A DNA stretch of 63,302 bases, counting the filler, from Atractiella rhizophila (taxonomy: Eukaryota): assembly GCA_021432655.1 (NCBI GenBank). It is 3 parts of 3 records of this genome, joined end to end, with 100 filler letters (N's around TTAATTAATTAA, not from the genome) between each part and the next. Parts side by side here need not be neighbours in the genome. Positions count along the whole stretch, not along the records: positions 1 to 28,542 come from MU271491.1; 2 more parts are not named here. One strand, written 5' to 3'. The translations under genes were made by a program, and so were the position numbers. The notes under the pieces are model-generated. The model saw only the letters and a list, made by a program, of their open reading frames with translations, was not told the DNA's origin and did no database searches. Positions 13,361 to 28,642 of this stretch are shown one piece after another (position 1 is the stretch's first letter; each line of letters starts with the position of its first letter).

Positions 13361-14974
13361 TCACTCCTCCTTCTTATCACTCCACCTACTATTATCTAAG
13401 ACCTTCCATCCCTCTTTATCGTCCACATTAAGAATAACGATCCAACTCAACTTCTCCGTCTCCTTATTCGCCCTTTCATTCAACTTCTCCCTCTTCTTCC
13501 CAGCCTTTCTTTCATACCTCTCCCTCCTGATCGGATCCTCTTCAACCCTCGCCTTCTCCTCAGCCTTCATGATCCTCTTCTCCAAACGTCCTTGCATTCC
13601 ATTGTAATTTTTCCGCACAATCCGAGCTTGCACGTCCTCGAACCGGTTCACTGCCTTCTGCCCTGGTCGTAGATGGGGAGCAGGAGCGGGAAGCGGGATG
13701 TTGTCGAAGTCGAGCTCCTCCACTAAGTCACCCAAGGCTTTCATGCGCCGTTTGGCCCAGTCGTTTGCGTCCTTGTGCACTCCAGAGTGCGAGGAGATGG
13801 ACGTGTGCGACGACGTCGAACTCAGTGCTGCTCCGTGGCTGCTGTCGCTGGAGGAATGACCATGGGAGTGCTCTGAAGAAGCGGTCGACGAGGTAGACTG
13901 ACTGTGCTGGTGTACATCGGCACTGTAATAATGCGGGTGAGCGGAGACGTAGGCGACCTGGAATGCGCTAGGAGAGGGAGAAGGGACAGGTGGCTGAATA
14001 TATTCTGGAGGGGGAACGGCAGGAGGGTCGAACATCTCCTCGAGAGACGGGGACGAAGGCGACTGCAGAGGCGTTGGAGAATTGAAGTCCAGATGCATCT
14101 TGACATCGTCGTTCCAATTGTCTGCTTTCAAAAGCGTCTTCACCTTTTTCGAATCCACCACTTTGACCCTCAGACCTCGCTTTTCAAAGAATTCTTCGTT
14201 CAAAACTTTCAAGAACGCATTCGAAGCACGCATTTGGGAAACTCTGAGTGCCGTTCGAGCAACAACAGACAGGGCGATCCCTACGTATAATATCAGTGAT
14301 GTACCGCTGTAAGTAAGGAGCGGATGGAACGAACCGGTAATTAGGCATGCAGGTTCTGGCACAATGCCTACAATGTTCCCTGCGACATCGACCGTACTCC
14401 CTAGCGCAGACAGTTAAGTGAACGAGAGCAAAAGAGCTGGTATGGCGTACAGAAACCGGAAGGAGCCCAGACCTTGTTAAGATGATCAATCATGTCTGCC
14501 TTTCTCAGTCAATTCAAATACCACAACAAAGTGACCATGAGCTACTTGCCGATGAATTCGTTCTTTCCCACACGAAAGATGTTGAGTATAGGAGGGAAAC
14601 ATCTGGAGAAAGGAGCCCCAAACTGTCCCCTGCAGGGCTTGTCAGACTCTAATTACAGGAAATTAGACGGAAACAATACGTCTGTTCAGGTATGACTATT
14701 GGGACCCTAAGCTTTGGAGCTGACCATGAGGGAGGAGGAGGAAGGATGGTGAGAAGGGCTGGGGAAGACTCTATCGCTTGCTGCATATCTCTACATTAGC
14801 CTTCATCGAGTCCGGAGGAAGAAGACGGCGCACCTGCTCCGCCGCTGCTTCGAGCTCTCTTTGTTCAGACTCTGAGTGATGAGAGTCGTCTGAGAGCTCC
14901 TCGTGGAAGACGGAGGAGGCGGAGGGCGAAACGTAGGAGGGAGACGGGCTAGGAGGTGCAAGGGTGGCAGACAT
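13361..14974 (-). CDS. Uncharacterised fungal family protein, paralog 3 (convergent with paralog 2)
   Basis: PIVIPEQT-GQFGAPFSRCFP-...NAFLKVLNEEFFEKRGLRVKVV...DWAKRRMKALG...RANKETEKLSWIVILNVDD. Confidence 0.85.
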
Positions 14975-15068
14975 CATCGCAAGATATAATGCTTCTCAGG
15001 ATAGATGGATAGAGTGAGGAGGATTCTGGTTATTATACTCTCCATCGCGGGGGATTTTTGAGTGAGGG

Positions 15069-15074
15069 CTTGGC
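15069..15074 (-). promoter_or_regulatory. GCCAAG site upstream of paralog 3
   Basis: ~100 bp before the ATG on the minus strand, followed by a GTATAATAACC TATA-like element. Confidence 0.4.
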
Positions 15075-16150
15075 CAACCGCACCCGTGAGTCGTAACGCC
15101 TTGCAGGGCATTAGTAGGAAGGTTGGATGAAATGCTACTCTGAACCTGATGTCCGTTTGAAAGTGGCATACTCCCAAGTTGGAATCATATCGTAATGGAA
15201 ACGGATCAGTAAATGCGACAAGCTCTTGAGCGAGGTCGGGGGCGTGAACAGCCACAACGAAGCGGGAAACTAGAGCAAGTTTGTATCTAGTCAATACCGA
15301 TAAGACGATGACAAGATGAGAATATGTGCTAGAAGGATGACGGGACGCCAACTTGGGATCCAATGATATATCAAGACTTTGGAGCTTGCTTAAAGCGCCT
15401 GAGCGCGTTTAAGCCCCCCCGCCACCCCGTCCACTTGCATGCTTCTGTTTCATCCACCTTTCGGGGGAGATCAGCCCAAAAATCATTACTCCAAACCTCC
15501 AAACTCGATGCAGACATCGCTGCATTCAATGCTGGAACAGTAATGCATTGTGAAATTCGCAAACCGTTCTCGGGCACGAGTTAGACATGCTCAGCGCTCT
15601 CGGGAAACGTAACCTTCAAGTTGACAATGCATGTGGAGAAACAATCAGTACATTAAGCCAAAATCACTGTTGACCACACCAACTAAGCACGTGAAGAAGC
15701 TTCACAGAGATCTTGAGAGCGAACTGTCGCGGGAAACATGGAGACTACGCAGCGCATAGGCTGTGATCGCGAAAGTGCTATTAATGCCATTGGCGTAACT
15801 ATACTCGAAGTTCTCTGTCACAATTGACTTCGAATCATGTAACAATACCACTGGCGATACATCCGAAAGAGGAAGGCGGCTGATTGAGCTAGCTGAAGTA
15901 CGGAAGTTCAAGTGACTCAAACTTGTTAATTTTGAAGCAAAAGCAGCATATGCTGGAGAAAAAAATCCTTTCTGTCCAGCGATTGGCCCTTGGCTTGTTA
16001 AAATCGATTGAAATAGACAGCCGAGTGTAAGTGTTTCATTGTTTGAGGTGAAGGTTTGAATTTGGAGTACTCCTGTCGACTGCTTCAGTCTGTGCTCTTT
16101 TGCCACAGTCAAACACCATACTGAATTACCGGTTGGATTCAGCGTTTGTC

Positions 16151-17998
16151 ATGCTAGTTACTCTTATACCCCAACCCGCAGACGAAGAACCAAATTCTGC
16201 TGGTCAGTGCACCGCTCTTGCAGTAGCAAGCACTACGATAAAAAACGACATTCTCATCACAAGCAAGAAGGTCTACCTTTCCAGGAAGCTAGTTATTTCG
16301 CGATCGTTGCAGCGTCGCCACAAAACTGTTGTGGATGTCTCAGAAAATGAAGACTCTGTTTTGGAGATCTCTTGTTGTAGCTTCTTCCCTGGAAGCTGGC
16401 CTGCGACTGGCTTTGGCATTGGGCACGTGAAGTTGGATCAGGGCTCTCAATCAGACTTGGAGGAGTTATCCTTCACAAAGAAGATCGAACTGACGCTTGA
16501 CAATGAAGCCCAAAGGTTCATTCGAGGCTGCGCGCTGTTTCCGGAGACCTCTTTACCAAGCCTCAATCTTCACTTAGAGTTCCTTCAACCGTGGCAGATC
16601 GATCCGTTTCCCCAGCTGCCAACGGAGCTTCTTGCTTGGTGTTTAAGGGAGATGTTGGATAACACGACAAGAATAGTTAATTTTCGAACAATCCAGGATT
16701 TTCGGCTTGTTTGCAGACGTTTTAATGTCGTAGGCATCACCAAAATTTGTGAACTTGCAGGTGCAGGACAGGCAGAGGATGATGCTATGTATGAGTCACA
16801 AAGGTGTCTCGACATCATTCACATGTTTGAAACCTGGGGAGGCCTCATGGCGCCGTGGATCAGACAGCTCATCCTATTCAGGCTTCATATGAAAACTTCT
16901 GATGCAGCGAGCACTTGGAACACCTTACTGTCACTTCTCAGTCAAACTGTTAATCTAGTCTCATTGGTTATCCAACTCCCAACACCTTCACGTGATCGAG
17001 CTCCTTTTAGGAATAGGTTTTTTGTCCAGGTTGGAACTCTGAGGCATCTTCGGGTCCTCGTAATTGTGTCTTGGGGTGAAACGGAAGCTGGTGCATTCGA
17101 TCAATGGAATACTGAGGACCTTTGCTTGCTCTTAAAACAGCCGCTGGCCACCCTAGTGCAGCTGCATCTCGCCGATTGGGATCTCATCCCGCTACCGCAG
17201 TCCTCTCTCCAGCCTTTGCCTAGAGCGAAACTAATCCGGTTGACAATCGAAGGCTCGAGTATCTCCAAAAAGGTCATCCAGCAGATTCTACCATACATGC
17301 CAAACATAATGGCTTGGGAACCCATTTTTATTGATGGACCTAAGGGTCGCGAAGAACGTCACCGTGAGCCACTGCCGCTTACCAATTTGTATTTACATGA
17401 TAACTGGATTCCCGAACTGCAATTCGAAGACGTTCTGGAGTTGCTACAATATCACGGAAAGTGGCTCAGTGGCTTCACATTCACTTTGCAGTCTCATCGA
17501 CATTCGAGCGCCTTGAACTTCGAACATCCATTAGACGAAGCTTTTAACCCTAGCGTCCATCTTACTTCGTTGCATCTTGACGGCCTCCATGAGTTATCGG
17601 GCATCCTTACACCTCAATTTTTCCAATTCTTTCAGTGCTCTTTAGTCGAAAAGCTTTCAATATATTATTGCCCTATTCCGATTATAGAAATCTCTCAATT
17701 CCTGCGGCGACGGCGCGCGAGAAAAGCTCCAAAAAGTTCTGACATTCGTATATCAATACGAATACGAACATTCTTCAATGACGAGGTGTCCCGAAGTGTG
17801 AACTTGTTGACTATTCAAGATCAGTTTTCAGACTTGCAAGCCACGATTGAGGCAGGAACCGGAGAAGTGCCAACCGATGATGATTTTCAGTTGCGGCATA
17901 TGATTTCCTTTTTACGTTCAAGGAAGGGGGAAACGAATGAAGGACATACGAACCAAATGACCTTCCTGGTGGTTGTCAACAATCTATCCCCGTTATAG
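16151..17998 (+). CDS. F-box-like protein with leucine-rich (RNI/LRR-like) C-terminal region
   Basis: Long single ORF; FPQLPTELLAWCL...IQDFRLVCRRFN F-box pattern followed by LxxLxL repeats; start uncertain. Confidence 0.7.
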   Translation: MLVTLIPQPADEEPNSAGQCTALAVASTTIKNDILITSKKVYLSRKLVISRSLQRRHKTVVDVSENEDSVLEISCCSFFPGSWPATGFGIGHVKLDQGSQSDLEELSFTKKIELTLDNEAQRFIRGCALFPETSLPSLNLHLEFLQPWQIDPFPQLPTELLAWCLREMLDNTTRIVNFRTIQDFRLVCRRFNVVGITKICELAGAGQAEDDAMYESQRCLDIIHMFETWGGLMAPWIRQLILFRLHMKTSDAASTWNTLLSLLSQTVNLVSLVIQLPTPSRDRAPFRNRFFVQVGTLRHLRVLVIVSWGETEAGAFDQWNTEDLCLLLKQPLATLVQLHLADWDLIPLPQSSLQPLPRAKLIRLTIEGSSISKKVIQQILPYMPNIMAWEPIFIDGPKGREERHREPLPLTNLYLHDNWIPELQFEDVLELLQYHGKWLSGFTFTLQSHRHSSALNFEHPLDEAFNPSVHLTSLHLDGLHELSGILTPQFFQFFQCSLVEKLSIYYCPIPIIEISQFLRRRRARKAPKSSDIRISIRIRTFFNDEVSRSVNLLTIQDQFSDLQATIEAGTGEVPTDDDFQLRHMISFLRSRKGETNEGHTNQMTFLVVVNNLSPL

Positions 17999-18700
17999 AG
18001 TATCAATAGCGTCAAACGTAAAATCAACCTTATCCCACTATAACAATCCCTCTTCCCCTTGAGAACACTGTACTTTCACTTCTCGGTGAAGTGTTTAATC
18101 TGTTCCCGTTATTTATCGAACTGCTGGCGAATTGTTGACCGTACCGGGTCTTAAAACAGCCAGCGAAGGTGCAACACACTTTGGGAATCATGGGATCTCT
18201 CTGCTCCTTCCATTTTAGCTGTCTGGCCTGAGTGTTCGAAGCAGTTGTTACATTCTTAATCTAGTTCATTGAATAAACCATGACACGAAATGAGATTCCC
18301 TGACGGTCTAGTGGGACAAGCTTTGAAAGCGATTGAGACCTCGACCTAGCTCAGACGATGATGCAAAGAATAGAGGCATGGACGCAATCGTACAGAACCC
18401 GAAAGGCAAGTGCTCGATGCAACAAATAAGTGCACAAAGGTCTGCGCTTTTGCGAGGCTGTATATTATGAGCTTTCATGCTCCACCTCCGAATCCGACAG
18501 GTTACGTTTCAATGCACCGAAATAAGTTTAATAGTTGGCACAAAGCCTGGCGGCTTTCTTAATTTGAGACATCGAGGAACCTCAAGCGAGTTGTGGGACT
18601 CTCGAGTTCCTCCACCATCAGCCGTCTTCTCTTCTCCAATCGAGTAAAAGTAAGATTTAAAGTTAGAAAAAGCACAGAATACGCTGTAAGGCAATAGGAT

Positions 18701-20556
<1,856 letters not shown>

Positions 20557-20813
20557 TACCACGGTTTCTTAATTGGAATAAACGGTGCCTTCGAAGATTC
20601 TGATTCTGGTGGGATGGAAGTGTTGGTTGTGGTTGTGTAAGAAGTTGCGCGTTCGCGTTAAGGTTTCTGTGTGGCAAGAAGCTCAAATTTATCACGTGAC
20701 ACAGTTGGAGGTGGTCCAACTTGGTCTTCAGAGTCTGTGGATATCACTCATATTCATCTCGTATTAATTCCCGCGATGATGTAGAGGACGTATGCATTAA
20801 GCTCTTCCACAAA

Positions 20814-21909
20814 TCAAGCAGTAACTCCCACACCTGAGTAATTCTCAAACCCCAAACCCTCCACACCCTGTTGAATCCCTCCTTCGCCATGGACCTGCGC
20901 TGGCGGTACATTCTTCTTCTTAAACTCAATCTTCTCCACATTCACCGCCCCGTCTACCAACTGATAAACATAGCTGATGATCATATCGCCCTGAATATCG
21001 AGCAGCGCGAAAGAAGGCGTCGGGTCTCGTGGTTCCGACGATGGTGCGGCTCCTTCTGCAGGTGGTGGGGGTTTCGGGGTGGGAAGAGAGCAAAAAGCAC
21101 CTGTTGCAGATCCTGGGTTGAGGAAGAAACGACCTTCATGTTCGAAAGCTTCGAAACTGCACGTCTCACAATGAGTACTATGTTCGGTAGAAGAGATGTC
21201 AGACGAACCGATGTGTTCCCCCACTGATAAGTACATCCACGTCCATCTTCCGTGCAATGGCGCTCAGCATGTCCGTGTCTAATCTCACAGTAAGTATAGG
21301 ATGTGGAGGGAAAGTGAAGGAGGTACCTCCTAATGGAACTGCTTGGTGACCTTGAATTACGCCTATTCGTATTGGTCCGTATGAAACAGTGAGAGATGGA
21401 GGTAAATTTGGGCTCTATGATGGAGCGGTTCAATTCTCGACACAGATGCACAAAGGAGGAGGAGGAAAGAAGTAACGTTGTATCTAGATTCGTAGAGAAT
21501 TGACAGAACAGCAACAGCAAAATGCACTGCACATGGGACCTCATTGATTATCCCGTTATTAAAGATCCTAACATGTCACCTTGAGATAGGGACCCTCGTC
21601 TGACGCTTCTCCTTTGCTCAATAACGTTGGTTTCTCTGGAAGCAAGAATGGTACAGCAATGCTTCGTTCTGGCCCGTGTAGACACCCAAAGCATAAACGC
21701 ACCTCATCCCAACCGCCTCTAACGACCTTCACCGCGCCCATTCCACCTACGATCCCAGCTAACCACTCCATAGTCTCCCTGTCGCATATGTTACCTGTTG
21801 ATAACACCTCTGAGATCTTGCCTGGAGTTAAAAGGCGCCGAAAGAGGGCGGGAATAGAGGGAGATCGGAAAGGGATATGTAAGTCTCCTAATACCAGGAC
21901 GAGAACCAT
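20814..21909 (-). CDS. VPS29: Retromer subunit Vps29
   Basis: MVLVLVLGDLHIPFR...TGNICD...IGVIQGHQAVPLGD...[32 protein letters not shown]...PSFALLDIQG. Confidence 0.95.
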
Positions 21910-22599
21910 GATGCTTGCGGTTGCAGCCAAAATTGTCAGTCAGGACTGTGGAGTAAGTTGAACCCTTGCTATCCGCAGCAAAGTTTATCGGCTTTGTATT
22001 ATACTTTCTCTTACAATTACTTACTGTATTTCAGAACTTGCTAACCCTTGTCATTGTCGCAATTACCATTATTTTGATCGAACCTCGCAAGCGACACGGT
22101 TTCGGGTCTTCGACGAGTCGTCACGAAAACGACCCTCTTCCTTGCCCATGGCAGAAGCCTCCTTCATTTGAAGAGAAACCTCGTCTTATCCTTTCATTAC
22201 AGCGATTGCGACTGATCGCAACCTGTCTGAAAGTTTCAGGCAACGCTGTGACAGCTCACCGGAAATGGCGGAGAGACAACACCCGCATTCATATGGCCGT
22301 TGTGAACGAAGTATGGCTTGTCGCGTCTCGCGACACTAAGAGCAATCATTATTGTGCAGGCACGCTTTACTGCTCCGCCAGCCATGTTGGCTTCTTGTTT
22401 ATAAGGACAGGTCGTTCGCTCCATTCGGCCATCAAGGGGATGAAGCTGCCCATCGGGCTGGATGCAAACGTCGACGACAACAACGCGATCGAGATACCTG
22501 CCCGTGCTCTCCTTGTTTATAAAGCACGTAAACACTTGCTTCATGCATGAATTGATACTGTGTAGTGTTTAGAGAAACCGTTAGCAATCTTGATACTCC

Positions 22600-24997
22600 A
22601 TGGGCGAATACCAGCTTCCATACACCCCTGTGAGCGACATCGGCTCAGTAAGAATTCCATTTTCGATCGTAGGAATCTGCTTATTATGTGCCGTAGATGG
22701 TAGATGAAATTCGAAAGACTTTCAGGACGGGAAATACAAAAAATCTGGAGTTTCGCCTAGAGGTTCCTCTTCCCTCTCAAACATAATGAAGACAAACTAA
22801 CTGCATTTTATGATCTATGGCAGCAACTCCGTTGCCTAGGATTCATGATAGAAGAAAATCAAGAAGCCATTGTTGATGCCTTGTCAAAGGACTTAGGTCG
22901 CTCACGAATGGAGAGCTTTCTTGCCGAGATCTGGCCACTGAAGGAAGATATAGCGGGGATCCTCAAGAATCTTCCGAGGTGGATCCAGCCAACAAAGGCG
23001 AATACGGAGTTAATTTGGAAATTTGCGAATCCAATGAGCTATCACGAGCCGAAAGGTAAGCTTGCCATTGTGATCTGCTGTTTTATATAATAGGGCGACA
23101 ACTGACAAGGGGACATGGGCGGATAGGCGCAGTATTGATTATTGGAGCTTGGAATTGTATTGACTATACTTTTATCCCCTAGACGTGGCTAACCAGATGA
23201 CTAGATCCCTTCAGTACGTTATATTTCACAAGAAATATATCCCTTGACAAAGGCTCAGGTCTTCTGCTTTCACCTTTATTTGGCGCAATCGCTGCAGGTT
23301 GTACTGGTGCGCTAAGATTTAGAGCAGTAGACTACGATCTCACTACCAAGGTTATCAACGATCGTCAAACCTAGCGAGTTGGCAAAGCATTCCGCTGCAC
23401 TCCTTGCCGAACTCTTGCCTAAATACGTTGATCCTGTTTGTCTCCTTTCTTCCGATGAGACGTCAACGCTGACCACTATTCATCCTTCATAGTCATGCTA
23501 CAAACTTGTCAATGGTGGAATTGAGGAGACAACGGTTCTGGTTGACAGGCCGTGGGATCATATTTTCTTCACTGGCAAGCTACTTGAATCGGCGCATGGA
23601 TGAAATAGCCTGACTTGGACCTCAGGGAGCACGGCAGTTGGGCGTATCATGTCAAAGGCTGCGGGAAAACATATGTCTCGTCTGTTAACTACCTTCAACA
23701 GGGGCCTTTCTGATTCTCAAGCATAGCAATAACACTTGAACTCGGTGGCAAGAGCCCAGTCGTGCGCTTTCGTCAACTTGTGCAGATCTGGATTAATACA
23801 CGGACGTAGTGCATTTTCGAAGACTGCGATGTGGATTTGACAGCCAAACGCCTACTCTTCGGGAAACATATGAATACGGGCCAAGTGAGTTCTTGCATCC
23901 TCACACTCCGCCTGAATTGATTGATTTCCCTCGCAGACCTGCATAGCGCCAGACTACATCCTCTGCCCTTCTTCAGTCCAACCTCGTCTTATTGAAGCGA
24001 TGAAGAAGGGGCTGAAGGAAATGTATCCCTCCACCGATGGAGACGAGTTGAAATCGGGAGAATATCCCAAGATCATCAACGAACGAAACTATTCACGGCT
24101 CACCAAACTGCTGCAGAATACCAGTGGGAACGTCGAGATTGGTGGAAACACGGGAGATGGTCTGAGGATAGGCTTTACAGTGGTTACTGGTGTGAAAACG
24201 GAAGATTCACTAATGAGCGTGCGCACTTCTATCCTCATTGGTGCAGAATGAATGTGATGGCTTAAATTGTGATAGGAGGAAATTTTTGGGCCGCTCTTCC
24301 CTATTTTGAACGTGGAGTCGAAGGACGAGATGGTTGCACATATCAATTCTGGCGACGACCCGCTAGCGCTGTATGTGTTCACAAGCGACAAACAAAACGT
24401 CAAATACAGTATGTTTCTACTTCTCAGTTAACCATGCATTCATCTATGTGCAGTACAAAATCGTACCAAATCTGGCCAGCTCGTTCATGTTCGTTTCACC
24501 CATTACTGGATCACTTATTCTAACACTTGTGCAGAACGATTGTATGGTTCAATCGGTAATCCCAGGCCTTCCTTTTGGCGGTGTTGGCGCATCAGGACAA
24601 GGAAACTACCATGGAAAGGCGTATGTCCCCTCCATCTCTGTCTCACTCTTGGTCCTTATCGAGCGCCGATAGTTCGTTCACAACTTTCAGCTACGAGAGG
24701 TCTTTCCTCTCTGTTCCCAAATTTTACGACTACGTAGCGGGCGGAAGATACCATCCATATTCAAAGAGCCAATTTGATTTCCTGAATGACTGGGTATACC
24801 CCTCCTTCACGAAAGATAGACCCAAGCACCTGCCTCCGAAGGAAAAGCTTGTAGTAAAGGTACTCCTTCCTCCATTAGTTGTTCAGGCTAAAGTCGAAAT
24901 GAGTTCAGCCGTGACAGTGTTCCTTGCGGGTGGATATAGATATCTAGTGGAATGGATCGCTTTCTTGAGACCTGGCTTGCGGTTTCCATCAGCATAG
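22600..24997 (+). CDS. Aldehyde dehydrogenase, family 3 (fatty-aldehyde/Hfd1-like), ~15 introns
   Basis: IIGAWNYP, VKPSE, HIFFTGS, TLELGGKSP, NTGQTCIAPDY (catalytic Cys), EEIFGP, LPFGGVGASGQGNYHGK; hydrophobic C-terminal tail; one intron needs a non-canonical acceptor. Confidence 0.92.
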
Positions 24998-25717
24998 GCA
25001 CAATGACACTTATCCAGCAAAAGAGATCAGACCAGAGAGTAACACAAGCCTGAGACTTGATAGGATCCTGCGTTTGTGGAGTACTGTAAGGTTGGGACCA
25101 AGGTGTAGGATCGATTTGTTTTTTCATTATTTTCATTGCTCTCCTGACATGTTCTTTCTAGGACCGATCTAATGTCGCCCTTCAAGTTCTGCTCGAGGCG
25201 ATGAACAGGCCTCTGCGCCGCCTGAGTTCCTGTTAATCCAGCACTGGCAAAGATCCGGAAGCTCGTTCCTCTCCGTTGACCTGTCAACAATTTCTCAGGA
25301 GGGATTTTGTGTCAGTCTGATGATAACAGAAAGCGCTGGCACAGCTATACATCACATTGTTCTTCGATCAACACATCAGTTATGAGATTTTTCTCTGAAT
25401 CCGCATGGTCGGGCTGAGACTTAAACGCACTACTAGCAGCAAAGCTCAAGACCTTGTTTTGCCACCATATGGCTGCTTCGTACCACAAAGTATTTCTGGA
25501 CTAAATGCAAGGTCCAGCGGCCTGGGCTACAGTGATGAAAGGGAGATGAGTGATTGAATACATTGGACCGTGCTCATTTTCATTGTGCACCCTTTTTACG
25601 CGGTTTGTCCTGAGGGATTTTTCAAGTTCATGAAGTTCACCTCCGTTTCTATTCTGTTTCACACGGCTTCCATTTTTAATACACTAGCCACAATCAGGGA
25701 GACTTGCGCCTAAGTGT

Positions 25718-25766
25718 TGACTCGAGTTCAACACGCGGGTGACTCTCGCAATTATGGCACTGACTC
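25718..25766 (+). promoter_or_regulatory. Three TGACTC (Gcn4/CpcA/AP-1-type) motifs upstream of EF-1alpha
   Basis: TGACTC at 25718, 25740 and 25761; the first lies inside the near-palindrome GTGTTGACTCGAGTTCAACAC. Confidence 0.45.
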
Positions 25767-25862
25767 GAGATCAATCGTTACAAATGACACTGTCTTCCAA
25801 TTACGATGGATCTCAATCAAATAACAAGCAAGCGGGAGTAAACATCAGTGTTCAAGTTCACA

Positions 25863-27878
<2,016 letters not shown>

Positions 27879-28256
27879 TGCTGCCGTGGGGGTCTCCGCG
27901 TAAGTTTACCCTTCTGCTTTCACCAAGTGCCTGGTCGTTGACGGATTTGTTTCGAACTACTCAGGTCACCTTCCGACTTTCTTGTCTTGAGCCTTTCCAG
28001 GAAGGAAAGCCCCAAGCTGGAATGTTGGCAGTTAGGCTGGTATTGTGCGCACCCTACGATGCAGGATCATTCAGAAGCAAATTGCTTTCTCAATCAAATC
28101 ACAAACTCCCCTTCCCCTTTTCTTCTTTCTCAAGTAACTCAAATTCGGTACTTACTGCCTTTCATCCGGCATTTCGTATACGCAATGAAATTCATGTCAA
28201 GTTTCGTAGAATTGCGTGTTGGATCCACAAGAAAGAAAAGTTTGAGATGTATAAAG

Positions 28257-28490
28257 TTAATCACACTCGGCCAACATTTTCTGCAGCTCTGCCTTTTTAA
28301 ATGCCTTGTTCTCTTCCTTCAACAACTCTAATTCTGCTTTCACGTCCTCCGGCGCCATAGAGTCGGTGCTGAGGTCGACATCTTCCATCTGGTCCTCCAG
28401 CTCTTCAGAGTCTTCAGGGTCATAGTCAGAGCTTTCGTCTGATGAACCTCCATCTTCATAATGTGATGCGTTGAGAGTGACAGCACTGAA
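28257..28490 (-). CDS. C-terminal acidic exon of a gene truncated by the assembly linker
   Basis: Open frame ...HYEDGGSSDESSDYDPEDSEELEDQMEDVDLSTDSMAPEDVKAELELLKEENKAFKKAELQKMLAECD*. Confidence 0.5.
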   Translation of the reverse strand, partial: FSAVTLNASHYEDGGSSDESSDYDPEDSEELEDQMEDVDLSTDSMAPEDVKAELELLKEENKAFKKAELQKMLAECD

Positions 28491-28542
28491 TACAGGAAAG
28501 AGTTATGATTGGAATGATGAGGGACCAAGGAAAGAAGACGAA

Positions 28543-28642
28543 NNNNNNNNNNNNNNNNNNNNNNNNNNNNNNNNNNNNNNNNNNNNTTAATTAATTAANN
28601 NNNNNNNNNNNNNNNNNNNNNNNNNNNNNNNNNNNNNNNNNN
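28543..28642. other. Artificial contig-joining linker (N-TTAATTAATTAA-N)
   Basis: TTAATTAATTAA (stops in all six frames) at 28587-28598 centred in an N run, 100 nt total. Confidence 0.95.

Noticed and set aside
21966..22550. 194-aa plus-strand ORF between VPS29 and ALDH
   Set aside because: Non-ATG start, no motif, overlapping frames full of stops; cannot be supported as a gene
28587..28598. TTAATTAATTAA palindrome (also 60110-60121)
   Set aside because: Six-frame-stop linker embedded in N runs; assembly artefact, so adjacency across it is not biological evidence
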